From positions 203-51,243 of the forward strand of contig DJGU01000092.1 in NCBI GenBank assembly GCA_002432795.1: a stretch of DNA of 51,041 nucleotides, read 5' to 3'. Made by a program: the position numbers and the translations under genes. The notes under the pieces are model-generated. The model did not search any database. It was not told the origin of the DNA and was given only the letters and a program-made list of their open reading frames with translations. This document shows positions 26,933 to 34,947 of the stretch, in pieces. The stretch comes from Anaerolineaceae bacterium UBA5838 (lineage in GTDB: Bacteria > Chloroflexota > Anaerolineae > Anaerolineales > Anaerolineaceae). Position 1 is the first letter of the stretch. Each line of letters opens with the position of its first letter.

Positions 26933-28318
26933 TCAGGATTTGGAGCGAATGTAACGGGTGACTCCCTTTTTGACAATCTCCGAAAAAGTTGGATAAATGA
27001 AAATCGTTTCAGCTAAAGCCTGCATACTGAGCTCCTGCATAATTGCCAAAGTGAAAAACTGAATCCATTCACCTGCATGCAAACCAATTGCATCAGCTCC
27101 AACAATGACATCGTTTTCATCCATGATTATCTTCAAGAATCCTTCTGTCTCGCTTTCAGTGATGAATCGGTCGACCGAATTGGTATCAACACGAGAAATA
27201 TTTACTTTTCCAAATTTCTTGATGGCTTGAGCTTCAGATAAGCCAACATGCCCAACTTCAGGCTCCATGAAAATTGCCCATGGGACTATGGAGAGATCAT
27301 TCTCGCGCTTATTTACCTGAAGAATATTATCGATACAGATATCTGCCTGAAAGGAAGCCATATGCGTAAATTTCGCTGGCGAGGTGACATCGCCACATGC
27401 ATAGATATTAGCCGCTGTAGTTTGCAAATATTCATTGGTTTTTATTCCATAAGGCAGGTACTCGACTCCAGCCTTTTCCAGTTGCAATCCATTGATGTTT
27501 GGCACCCGCCCTAGTGCGACAAAGATTTGTTCTGCAAAAAGGTCTTTCAGTTCCCCATCTTGATCAAGAACAAGTTTGATTTGACCATCAGAATTTTGAA
27601 TACAATTGGTCACCTCTGAGTTCGTAATAATCCGAACCCCATCTTCTTCAAGCGCTTTCGTGACCAAGGCGACAATTTCGGGATCCAGGGCATTTAATAT
27701 GGCCGGATTACGCTCAACAATCGTCACGTCTGTGCCAAACCTGGCCAGTGATTGTCCCAATTCAACTGAGATTACCCCACCACCAAGGAACACAACTGAC
27801 TTTGGCTGTTCACGCAATTCCCAAAAGTTTTCATTGTCCAGGAATTTGAGCATTTCACTGCCCTCATGCGGTGCCATGCGAGGGGATGAGCCAGTTGCAA
27901 TGACAAAATAATCGGATTCAAGAACGGAATCCCCAATCGATATGTGGTTTTGATCGATAAACTTTGCCCCGGAAGGATCAATAAACACATCAATCCCCAT
28001 GTCCTGGAAATGGGCAGGCTGTTCGTTGCGATAGACGCCTTGCACCACATCATCCACATGTGTCATGACTTTAGCAAAGTCAAACTCTGACCCCAGTTGT
28101 ACCATTGGGAGACCGTGGCTCTCAAATTTCTTTCTTGATTGGAATAGCCGCGCGCTGCTGATGAGCGTTTTGCTTGGAACACAGCCCGCGTGAGTACATT
28201 CCCCACCTATCTTATTCTTTTCGACCAATGCCACCCGGGCTCCCCGGCGGTGAGCAGTTAATGCTGCCACCAACCCACCTGAACCGGCACCAATTACTGT
28301 AATATCGTATTTTTCCAT
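26933..28318 (-). CDS. Class I pyridine nucleotide-disulfide oxidoreductase (second mercuric-reductase-like paralogue)
   Basis: IGAGSGGLVAALTA, redox-active GGECTHAGCVPSK, a second Rossmann FLGGGVISVELG, and a C-terminal YPTFSE in place of the usual HPTxSE. Confidence 0.85.
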   Translation of the reverse strand: MEKYDITVIGAGSGGLVAALTAHRRGARVALVEKNKIGGECTHAGCVPSKTLISSARLFQSRKKFESHGLPMVQLGSEFDFAKVMTHVDDVVQGVYRNEQPAHFQDMGIDVFIDPSGAKFIDQNHISIGDSVLESDYFVIATGSSPRMAPHEGSEMLKFLDNENFWELREQPKSVVFLGGGVISVELGQSLARFGTDVTIVERNPAILNALDPEIVALVTKALEEDGVRIITNSEVTNCIQNSDGQIKLVLDQDGELKDLFAEQIFVALGRVPNINGLQLEKAGVEYLPYGIKTNEYLQTTAANIYACGDVTSPAKFTHMASFQADICIDNILQVNKRENDLSIVPWAIFMEPEVGHVGLSEAQAIKKFGKVNISRVDTNSVDRFITESETEGFLKIIMDENDVIVGADAIGLHAGEWIQFFTLAIMQELSMQALAETIFIYPTFSEIVKKGVTRYIRSKS

Positions 28319-28388
28319 TTATTCTATCCTTTCGTAGTGAAACAAAGATGATTTTTAACCGACCGATAGAAATTCAATAACAGCTAAG

Positions 28389-29522
28389 TTAAGCCAAAAC
28401 GCTTAATACCGGTGAGTTTGATGAACTGCGGATATGACTCGTTGCAATATCAACCGCTTCGACGATGGCAGGATCTCCTACCGGAAGTCCCTCGTAAACA
28501 TATCCTGCTTGAAAGATTCCAACCGTGCGCGCAAGGATTTCGCAACCAAAGTGAATTGAGCTTTCGTCGAATCCCTCCCTTCCAAAGACCATTTCGAAAT
28601 CTGACCCCAATGATTTTCGGTAAGCTCTCAAAAACGCATCGTTCATGGAAAGAATGCTTTTTGAAATCGAGGGTGTTGCTGCTCGATGAGCCAGCATCCA
28701 TAAGTGAGCAGAAAAATGACCGACGTCTTGTGCAGGTTTTCCATAGTGGGCTAATTCCCAATCGATTATTCTCAGTTTAGCATCTGAAACAATCACCGAA
28801 CGCGGCCATAGATCTCCCATAATTAAGACTTTTCCTGGAAGATGAAGTTTTCTGCCAAAATCCATCGCGCGGTTTGCCAGAACCTGTGCATCAGGAACGT
28901 CTGCACGAGACGCATAATTTTGAATATTCCCATACTGCACATCCAAACGGGTTCGCTGAATCTGTGGATTATTAAATTCTTGCGATAAGCCTGGAATGTG
29001 AGCACTGACCCGGTGCAATTTGCCGATGAATTCCCCCAAAAGGTTGCCCAACAATTCAGATTCATCATTTGAATGCGGTTCGCGAAGCCAGGTCTCCAAA
29101 TCTGGACAACGACAAACATCTTCCATAAGGATCAGATGATGTTGTTCGTCAAGAGCATATAAACCTGGCAATCTTACTGAGTCTGTTGCCAAGGCACCCA
29201 TCACTCCATCAGGGCTGAAGGCTTTCATGGCTTTTGCTTCGATAAGGATCCTGTTTGGGTCAAGCTGAACGTTTGGGGAGGAGGCAACAAACGGTGGCGC
29301 CCATTTTGCAACGAGCGAATCTGGTGATGAACCCGCCTTTCCCTCAATGCGCCAGACACAGTTCATTAACCCCCCCGATAGTGGTTTTGGTTCTCCATCT
29401 ATCGCAAATTCAGGCATAGTGGAAAGTAATCTCATCAGAACGGCTGGAATGTCCATGTCCGGTAAAGTGGGGTTATCCAAATTGGAGTCTGGAATATTCC
29501 CATGTTTTTTGAATTTGATCAT
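28389..29522 (-). CDS. Aminoglycoside-phosphotransferase-fold kinase (methylthioribose-kinase-like)
   Basis: The glycine-rich segment PLSGGLMNCVWRI, the catalytic-loop-like GDLWPRSVIV and IDWELAHYG resemble the MtnK/APH family. The canonical His of HxD is Met here. Confidence 0.6.
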   Translation of the reverse strand: MIKFKKHGNIPDSNLDNPTLPDMDIPAVLMRLLSTMPEFAIDGEPKPLSGGLMNCVWRIEGKAGSSPDSLVAKWAPPFVASSPNVQLDPNRILIEAKAMKAFSPDGVMGALATDSVRLPGLYALDEQHHLILMEDVCRCPDLETWLREPHSNDESELLGNLLGEFIGKLHRVSAHIPGLSQEFNNPQIQRTRLDVQYGNIQNYASRADVPDAQVLANRAMDFGRKLHLPGKVLIMGDLWPRSVIVSDAKLRIIDWELAHYGKPAQDVGHFSAHLWMLAHRAATPSISKSILSMNDAFLRAYRKSLGSDFEMVFGREGFDESSIHFGCEILARTVGIFQAGYVYEGLPVGDPAIVEAVDIATSHIRSSSNSPVLSVLA

Positions 29523-29582
29523 TCATAATTAAAGCCTTTTTTTGATAAATGCGAGAACCTCAATAGTAATATTTTTCCATAC

Positions 29583-29599
29583 ATTCTGAATGTCAGAAT
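29583..29599. promoter_or_regulatory. Perfect 7-3-7 palindrome upstream of the kinase gene (candidate operator)
   Basis: ATTCTGA-atg-TCAGAAT, about 60-75 nt upstream of the ATG at 29522. Confidence 0.3.
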
Positions 29600-29909
29600 A
29601 CCTATTTGTTCAATCGCCTGCCCAGGAACAGATTTCAGGAGAAATAATGCCGTTCAATTACGATTCCCGGAATAGTTTTTTTGCACAGTATCTTCCAGAG
29701 GAGAATCCTCAATTTGATTTATAAAGAATTTTTCCTTTACCAACTTAGACGCATGATGGCGAAAAAATCTTACGTTGATAAAAGAAATAGAGCGCAATAA
29801 ATGCAAATTAACTAAAACACCTCTGAAAGAAGGTTGAAAGATGCGTTTTGTTTTAAGATGTGGGCAGTAAATTTGGTACAAAATTTGAAGCCGATGATTT
29901 AGTGCAAGT

Positions 29910-30200
29910 TCAGATAGCATGTAATATGCGGGATAATGCTTCATATTCTTCGCGGCAATCCGGGCACATGTCCAAATGATGATGAACTAAGGGGAGCAAA
30001 CTAGCCACATCTTCGCCGCGGATGGCCATTTCAGTATATTGGTCCAACAATCCATGGACATCATCACAGGTCAGCTCAATCTCCTGTGTGTTTTGAATCA
30101 TGTACAGCATTTTTTCGGCTTGATCAGGTGATATATTCAATTCCATCTTATCAAGAGTGGTTTTTCTTCTACGTTGAAAAAGACGCGTAAACAAGTTCAT
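29910..30200 (-). CDS. Zinc-binding anti-sigma factor (ZAS / zf-HC2), soluble, no TM segment
   Basis: LTCDDVH...HHHLDMCPDCREEY contains H-x3-C-x2-C plus an upstream Cys. The start is placed at ATG 30200, with GGAGA 9 nt upstream; the track start 30221 is the alternative. Confidence 0.7.
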   Translation of the reverse strand: MNLFTRLFQRRRKTTLDKMELNISPDQAEKMLYMIQNTQEIELTCDDVHGLLDQYTEMAIRGEDVASLLPLVHHHLDMCPDCREEYEALSRILHAI

Positions 30201-30251
30201 TAAGTTAGATCTCCAATACATTAGATGCAGTTGTTGATTGAAAAATTACTT

Positions 30252-30887
30252 TCATCTCTCAAATATTGCGATTAATTCTTCTGATGACATTCCTTGTTCT
30301 TCCATGTGGCGTTTCAACTTTAACCTGGCATCATGAAGCAATTTGTATAACGCGTTCCTTTCGGTATTCATACTGCGAGCAACTTCCGCTAATGGTATTC
30401 CATGGATTGCCACTGCCATCAAGGCTGTCCGTTGCTTTTCAGTTAATTCCTCGAGCATCACTTTTTGTATCATGGAGATCGTTTCACGTTTTTCAAATGA
30501 CATTTCGACATTAACACCCATATCCGGCATTTCACGAGACTCATCTCCCACATCTTTGCCTTCGAGCATCTGATCAAGCGAGGTCTCCTTCCATTTTGCT
30601 CTTCGAATTTCAGTAAGTGCAAACCGTACAGCAATCGTATAGACCCACGTTGTAAACTGGCTGCGCCCCTCAAAGGAGTCTAAACGCGCCAGTACTCGCA
30701 GAAGAGTTTCCTGCGCGACCTCCTCTACCAATGGAGAAAACCGGGGATCGTCCTGTTGGATCCACTTGGAAAGCGCATAAGGCATACCGTTTATGATAAT
30801 CTTAGATAAGTCAGCAAGTGCAACTTCCCGCTGCTCTCCAGACGACCTAAGGCTTGTCAGCCAATCTTCATTGGTGCGATTTCCCAT
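30252..30887 (-). CDS. ECF-type RNA polymerase sigma-70 factor (intact paralogue of 17489-18082)
   Basis: Region 2 is AQETLLRVLARLDSFEGRSQFTTWVYTIAVRFALTEIRR. The region 4 HTH is IPLAEVARSMNTERNALYKLLHDARLKLKRHM. Confidence 0.85.
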   Translation of the reverse strand: MGNRTNEDWLTSLRSSGEQREVALADLSKIIINGMPYALSKWIQQDDPRFSPLVEEVAQETLLRVLARLDSFEGRSQFTTWVYTIAVRFALTEIRRAKWKETSLDQMLEGKDVGDESREMPDMGVNVEMSFEKRETISMIQKVMLEELTEKQRTALMAVAIHGIPLAEVARSMNTERNALYKLLHDARLKLKRHMEEQGMSSEELIAIFER

Positions 30888-30957
30888 AATGGTTCTCCAA
30901 CGAAATAAGTATACTATCCTTTGAAAGTCATACCTTCATGCGTTGATGCCTGTCGGT

Positions 30958-31051
30958 CAGTGTAACGAATTTTCGGTAAATTAACAAAAAGAGTAGATCA
31001 CGGTATCCTTTCAACAGTTTAGTGAACCAAGAAAGGAAAAAGATCATAATC
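30958..31051 (-). promoter_or_regulatory. Conserved non-coding element, copy B (upstream of the sigma/anti-sigma operon)
   Basis: See copy A at 3690-3782. The core TTGAAAGGATACCGTGATCT is on the minus strand at 30995-31014. The gene-proximal end lies 71 nt from the sigma ATG. Confidence 0.5.
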
Positions 31052-31460
31052 TGCACCACTGATTTTTCAACAACTGGAGAGACATTTTACATACAAAAAA
31101 AAATACCTACATTAGCTCACCGAACTATGATTGGAGAGATTCCACAGTCGAGAAACACCTTAGAATATAGTCAAATTAGATGCCCGCATTGCGTCTGAGT
31201 TGGCAAATCGGACTAAGGTCAACTTTCCCGAAGGATGTTCGCTATTTGCATTTCCACGAATGTATCAAAAATGATTGCGCACAGCCAGCACTCTTTAAAG
31301 GCTAAGTCAATGCATCAGGCAGCATACCAAGGTCATGCGTTTTTTTTTTCAATGAAGATGCCTGACTGCGGCTAACCTTAGCAGTGCTGATCAGTTTAGT
31401 GAGAATTGGGAATTTCGAAAGATCTGTTTGAATGAAGAAAACAAACAGGCAATTCTTTCC

Positions 31461-31490
31461 GGAAAGGATCCGTGACTATTCTTTTATAAT
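31461..31490 (+). promoter_or_regulatory. Partial inverted copy (C) of the element core, ending in TATAAT, facing the M20 dipeptidase operon
   Basis: GGAAAGGATCCGTGACTATTCTTTTATAAT aligns with the minus-strand core of copy B, GAAAGGATACCGTGATCTACTCTTTT. About 23 of 25 positions match, with two 1-nt gaps, by eye. Confidence 0.4.
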
Positions 31491-31584
31491 CTGACACATG
31501 ATCGCCGAACCTTGCGTATTGCCGTAGCTATCACGAATTTTTGCCAAATGGCATATAATCAGAAAAAATATGCGAGGGAAGAAA

Positions 31585-32961
31585 ATGTCCAGAACACAAA
31601 AAGCAATCCAGGAATTTGAAATTTCAGAACTTGAAAAGATGCGTACCTTTGACGCCTTCTTGCGGATACCCTCTGTTTCATCTGACCCGGAAATGAAACC
31701 TCATCTGCAAGAAGCAGCCGAATTTCTAAAATCGTACTTTGAGAAACTCGGCATGGATGAGGTGAGAATCTATCCGACTGACTTACATCCTGTTGTTTTT
31801 GCTGAGAAGTACTCTAACCTTCCAGAAGCAAAAACCCTCCTGATCTATGGTCACTACGATGTGCAGCCGCCTGATCCGTTGGATGCCTGGATAACACCTG
31901 CATTCGAACCGACCATCCGCGGGGAGAACTTGTATGCCCGCGGAGCATCGGACATGAAAGGTCAGATCCTGGCATCGGTTTTTGCGCTTGAGAGCGTTCT
32001 GAAAACTGGAGAATTGCCCATCAATATCAAATTCATCCTCGAAGGCGAAGAGGAGATTGGATCTCCGTCTTTGGAAGGCTTTATTCGCGACCACACTGAT
32101 TTGTTGAAATGCGACATGATCCTCAATCCGGATGCCGGCATGATCAACAAAGACAGTCCCACGATTGTTAACGGTCTGCGCGGATTGGTCTATTTTGAAG
32201 TGCGCATTGATGGTCCAAAAATGGACCTGCATTCCGGTCTTTTTGGTGGAAACATTGCCAACCCTGCCAACGTCCTGGCCAAGATCATTGCCCAACTCCA
32301 CAACCCGGATGGATCAGTGGCAATTCCTGGTTTCTATGACCGTGTTCGGCCCCTGAGCGATGAAGATCGCCAAAAAATTGCTATGAATCCGACCAGCGAA
32401 GCTGATTTTCTAAAAATTACTGGCGCGCCTGCCATTTTCGGTGAGCAAGGATACACCTTGCTCGAACGCCAGGGGGCAAGACCGACATTGGACGTGAACG
32501 GGCTCTATGCCGGTTTCATCGGCGAAGGCGCAAAAACCATCATTCCCGCTTACGCAAAGGCAAAAATCTCCTGCCGGTTGGTTCCAGACCAGCAGCATGC
32601 AGAAATTTATGAACTCGCTGAAAAATACATCCGTACGCTGGTTCCTCCAACCGTGAAAGTCAGTTTTATCAAACACTCCGGCGGACCTTCCTACCTGGCA
32701 GATGATGCTCCCGGATTACCCAACCTGATCCAAGCTTTCAAGGAATCCTGGCAGAAAGATGTAATTTATAAACGTGAAGGCGGAAGCATCCCCGTCGCAA
32801 CGGTCATGCAGGAAATTTTAGGGGTCAAGTCAATCCTCACCGGCTTTGGTCTGCCCGACGATGCGATCCACTCCCCTAATGAGCATCTCCACCTGCCCAC
32901 CTGGCGAAAAGGCATCCAGGCTTACATTCGTTTCCTGACCAGTTTCGAGGCCCAGGCGTGA
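31585..32961 (+). CDS. M20-family dipeptidase (DUG1/CNDP-like)
   Basis: IYGHYDVQPPDPLDAW, LYARGASDMKGQ, LEGEEEIGS. The start is set at ATG 31585, preceded by GAGGGA; ATG 31570 is the alternative. Confidence 0.85.
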   Translation: MSRTQKAIQEFEISELEKMRTFDAFLRIPSVSSDPEMKPHLQEAAEFLKSYFEKLGMDEVRIYPTDLHPVVFAEKYSNLPEAKTLLIYGHYDVQPPDPLDAWITPAFEPTIRGENLYARGASDMKGQILASVFALESVLKTGELPINIKFILEGEEEIGSPSLEGFIRDHTDLLKCDMILNPDAGMINKDSPTIVNGLRGLVYFEVRIDGPKMDLHSGLFGGNIANPANVLAKIIAQLHNPDGSVAIPGFYDRVRPLSDEDRQKIAMNPTSEADFLKITGAPAIFGEQGYTLLERQGARPTLDVNGLYAGFIGEGAKTIIPAYAKAKISCRLVPDQQHAEIYELAEKYIRTLVPPTVKVSFIKHSGGPSYLADDAPGLPNLIQAFKESWQKDVIYKREGGSIPVATVMQEILGVKSILTGFGLPDDAIHSPNEHLHLPTWRKGIQAYIRFLTSFEAQA

Positions 32962-33887
32962 CGGGCGATCAGAAAGACTTGAGACTCCCCTCCTACGGCG
33001 GCCAGGCTGTCATGGAAGGCGTCATGATGCGCGGAAAACAGCATGTTGCCATGGCTGTGCGTGCGCCGGATGGTCAAATCCTCACTTACGAAGAGGAACT
33101 CCCCGCTCTTTACCGCTCAAAATGGATGAGCATTCCATTTTTACGAGGCGTGTTAGGTTTGTGGGATTCTTTGAACCTGGGCATGCGCTTCCTCACAAAG
33201 TCCTCCAACATGGTCAGCAGTGAAGACGAGCAAATAGAGGGAAAAGACCTCGTTCTCGCGGTTTTGCTGTCTCTTGGGCTTGGGGTAGGGCTATTTTTCC
33301 TTTTTCCGGCTTTGCTCACTGGTTGGTTGGACGGTCCACTCGGAATTGAACGGTTGGGAACACTTGGTACCTGGCTTAGCAATCTGATGGAAGGCTTACT
33401 GCGCCTTGCTCTCCTGGTAGTTTATCTTGCAGTGGTTGGCAGAATGCCGGAAATTCGGCGGGTATTCTCCTATCATGGCGCAGAACATAAAACGATCAAC
33501 GCTTTTGAAGCCCGCGCGGATCTGACACCCAAAAACGTGAGCGAGTTTACCCTCGTTCATCCGCGGTGTGGGACCTCTTTTATCCTGACCCTCGTGTTGA
33601 TATCGATCCTGTTTTTTAGCCTTCTCGGCCCTCTTCCCCTGCACTGGCGCCTGCTCACACGTATTCTCCTGCTGCCTGTGGTTTCTGGAATAGCTTATGA
33701 ATATATCCGCTTTGCCGCCAATCACATGGACGAGTCCGCCCTGGTGCGTGCCTTGATCAAACCCAATCTCGCCCTGCAAAAGCTCACCACTCGTGAGCCT
33801 TCAGAAGACATGCTCGAAGTATCGATCAAAGCATTCAACCTGATGTACGAGGCTGAACAAAAGGCATCTGAAAGCTCATCCGCATGA
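32958..33887 (+). CDS. DUF1385-family membrane protein
   Basis: GGQAVMEGVMMRG and YHGAEHKTINAFE motifs. GTG start overlapping the upstream stop. Confidence 0.8.
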   Translation: MTGDQKDLRLPSYGGQAVMEGVMMRGKQHVAMAVRAPDGQILTYEEELPALYRSKWMSIPFLRGVLGLWDSLNLGMRFLTKSSNMVSSEDEQIEGKDLVLAVLLSLGLGVGLFFLFPALLTGWLDGPLGIERLGTLGTWLSNLMEGLLRLALLVVYLAVVGRMPEIRRVFSYHGAEHKTINAFEARADLTPKNVSEFTLVHPRCGTSFILTLVLISILFFSLLGPLPLHWRLLTRILLLPVVSGIAYEYIRFAANHMDESALVRALIKPNLALQKLTTREPSEDMLEVSIKAFNLMYEAEQKASESSSA

Positions 33888-34465
33888 AATCCTGGCAGCA
33901 GACACTGATGGGATTTTTGTTAGGACTGGTCGTGGTAGGGGCCATTATCCTGGTCGTTTCTCCCCAAAAAGGGCAACCAATCGCCCTGGTAACCCATACG
34001 CCCAACCTGACGCCAGACCCTACCTCAACGCCCAAACTTATCCGGGTTCATATCACAGGGTCAGTCAAACTTCCGGGCGTCTACACCTTGCCGGAAAACG
34101 CGCGTGTAGAAGACGCAATCCAGGCCGCCGGTGGACTGCAGGAGAGTTCTGATCCCCAATTGCTCAACCTTGCAGCCGCATTGGTGGATGGTCAGAGGAT
34201 ATACATTCCATCGGCGCAGGATGGGACCTTGTCGACAGACGATAGAGGATTGAGCATTCAAACATCCCCAATGGTCAACATAAACACGGCCAGTTTTGCC
34301 GAGCTGGACAGTTTGCCGGGCATTGGTGAGGTAAAAGCGCAAGCCATCTTGGATTACCGGCAGAAAAATGGACTTTTCACCGCGCTTGAAGATTTGCTGA
34401 AAGTGGACGGCATCAGCCAGTCTCTTTTTGAAAAGCTGGTGGGGCTGATCACACTTGGTGAATGA
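33884..34465 (+). CDS. comEA: ComEA-family DNA-binding protein (TM anchor, SLBB-like domain, helix-hairpin-helix)
   Basis: VHITGSVKLPGVYTL and the C-terminal INTASFAELDSLPGIGEVKAQAILDYRQKNGLF. Confidence 0.8.
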   Translation: MKSWQQTLMGFLLGLVVVGAIILVVSPQKGQPIALVTHTPNLTPDPTSTPKLIRVHITGSVKLPGVYTLPENARVEDAIQAAGGLQESSDPQLLNLAAALVDGQRIYIPSAQDGTLSTDDRGLSIQTSPMVNINTASFAELDSLPGIGEVKAQAILDYRQKNGLFTALEDLLKVDGISQSLFEKLVGLITLGE

Positions 34466-34496
34466 GATTGCAGGAAGAGACAGGTATAATAAAACC

Positions 34497-34943
34497 ATGG
34501 ACCTAAAAGAACGTTTGCAAGCAGACTTAATCCACGCCATGAAAACCCATGATGATACTAAAAAGTGGGTGGTCAAAATGATCAAAGCAGCCATCCAACT
34601 GGCAGAAGTTGCCAAGGGCAATGAACTTGACCAGGAAGAAATCATTGCAATTATTCAAAAGGAAATCAAAACCCGTCAGGAAGCCAGGTCTGACGCTGAG
34701 AAGGCACATCGCGAAGACCTGGTGGCACAAGCTGACGCGGAAATTGCCTGCTTAAAAACCTATCTGCCGGCGCAATTAAATCCCGAGGAATTGCAGGATT
34801 TGGTTCGCAGCGTGATCGCGCAATGCAATGCCACCTCAATCAAGGACATGGGCGTTGTGATGAAGACTCTCCAACCCCTGTTGGCAGGAAGAGCCAGTAA
34901 CGCTGAAGCCAGCCGCGTGGTGCGGGAATTTCTGACAGGATAA
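34497..34943 (+). CDS. GatB/YqeY-domain protein
   Basis: MDLKERLQADLIHAMK.. is a typical YqeY N-terminus. ATG 34497 is chosen over the track start at 34455, which overlaps comEA. Confidence 0.8.
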   Translation: MDLKERLQADLIHAMKTHDDTKKWVVKMIKAAIQLAEVAKGNELDQEEIIAIIQKEIKTRQEARSDAEKAHREDLVAQADAEIACLKTYLPAQLNPEELQDLVRSVIAQCNATSIKDMGVVMKTLQPLLAGRASNAEASRVVREFLTG

Positions 34944-34947
34944 ACGC

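Noticed and set aside
26911-26935. A C-terminal Sec extension of the second disulfide reductase, by analogy with the animal TrxR GCUG tail, because its stop codon is TGA.
   Set aside because: Reading through gives only SGLFL followed by TAG. There is no Cys-Sec pair, and the strong hairpin at 26870-26896 looks like a terminator, not a SECIS.
28323-28352. A possible fourth copy of the conserved element (TATCCTTTC..TAGTGAAACAAAGAT) upstream of the second reductase.
   Set aside because: Only two short words match. The CCGTGATCT core is missing, and TATCCTTTC here is simply the complement of that gene's Shine-Dalgarno (AAAGGATA). It is probably coincidence.
29654-29944. The 96-aa minus-strand ORF downstream of the anti-sigma gene, and a 25-codon plus-strand ORF at about 29647 with a GGAG upstream.
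   Set aside because: The region is AT-rich and low in complexity. The ORF overlaps the anti-sigma 3-prime end, and I recognise no motif in either. They are treated as non-coding promoter/terminator space.
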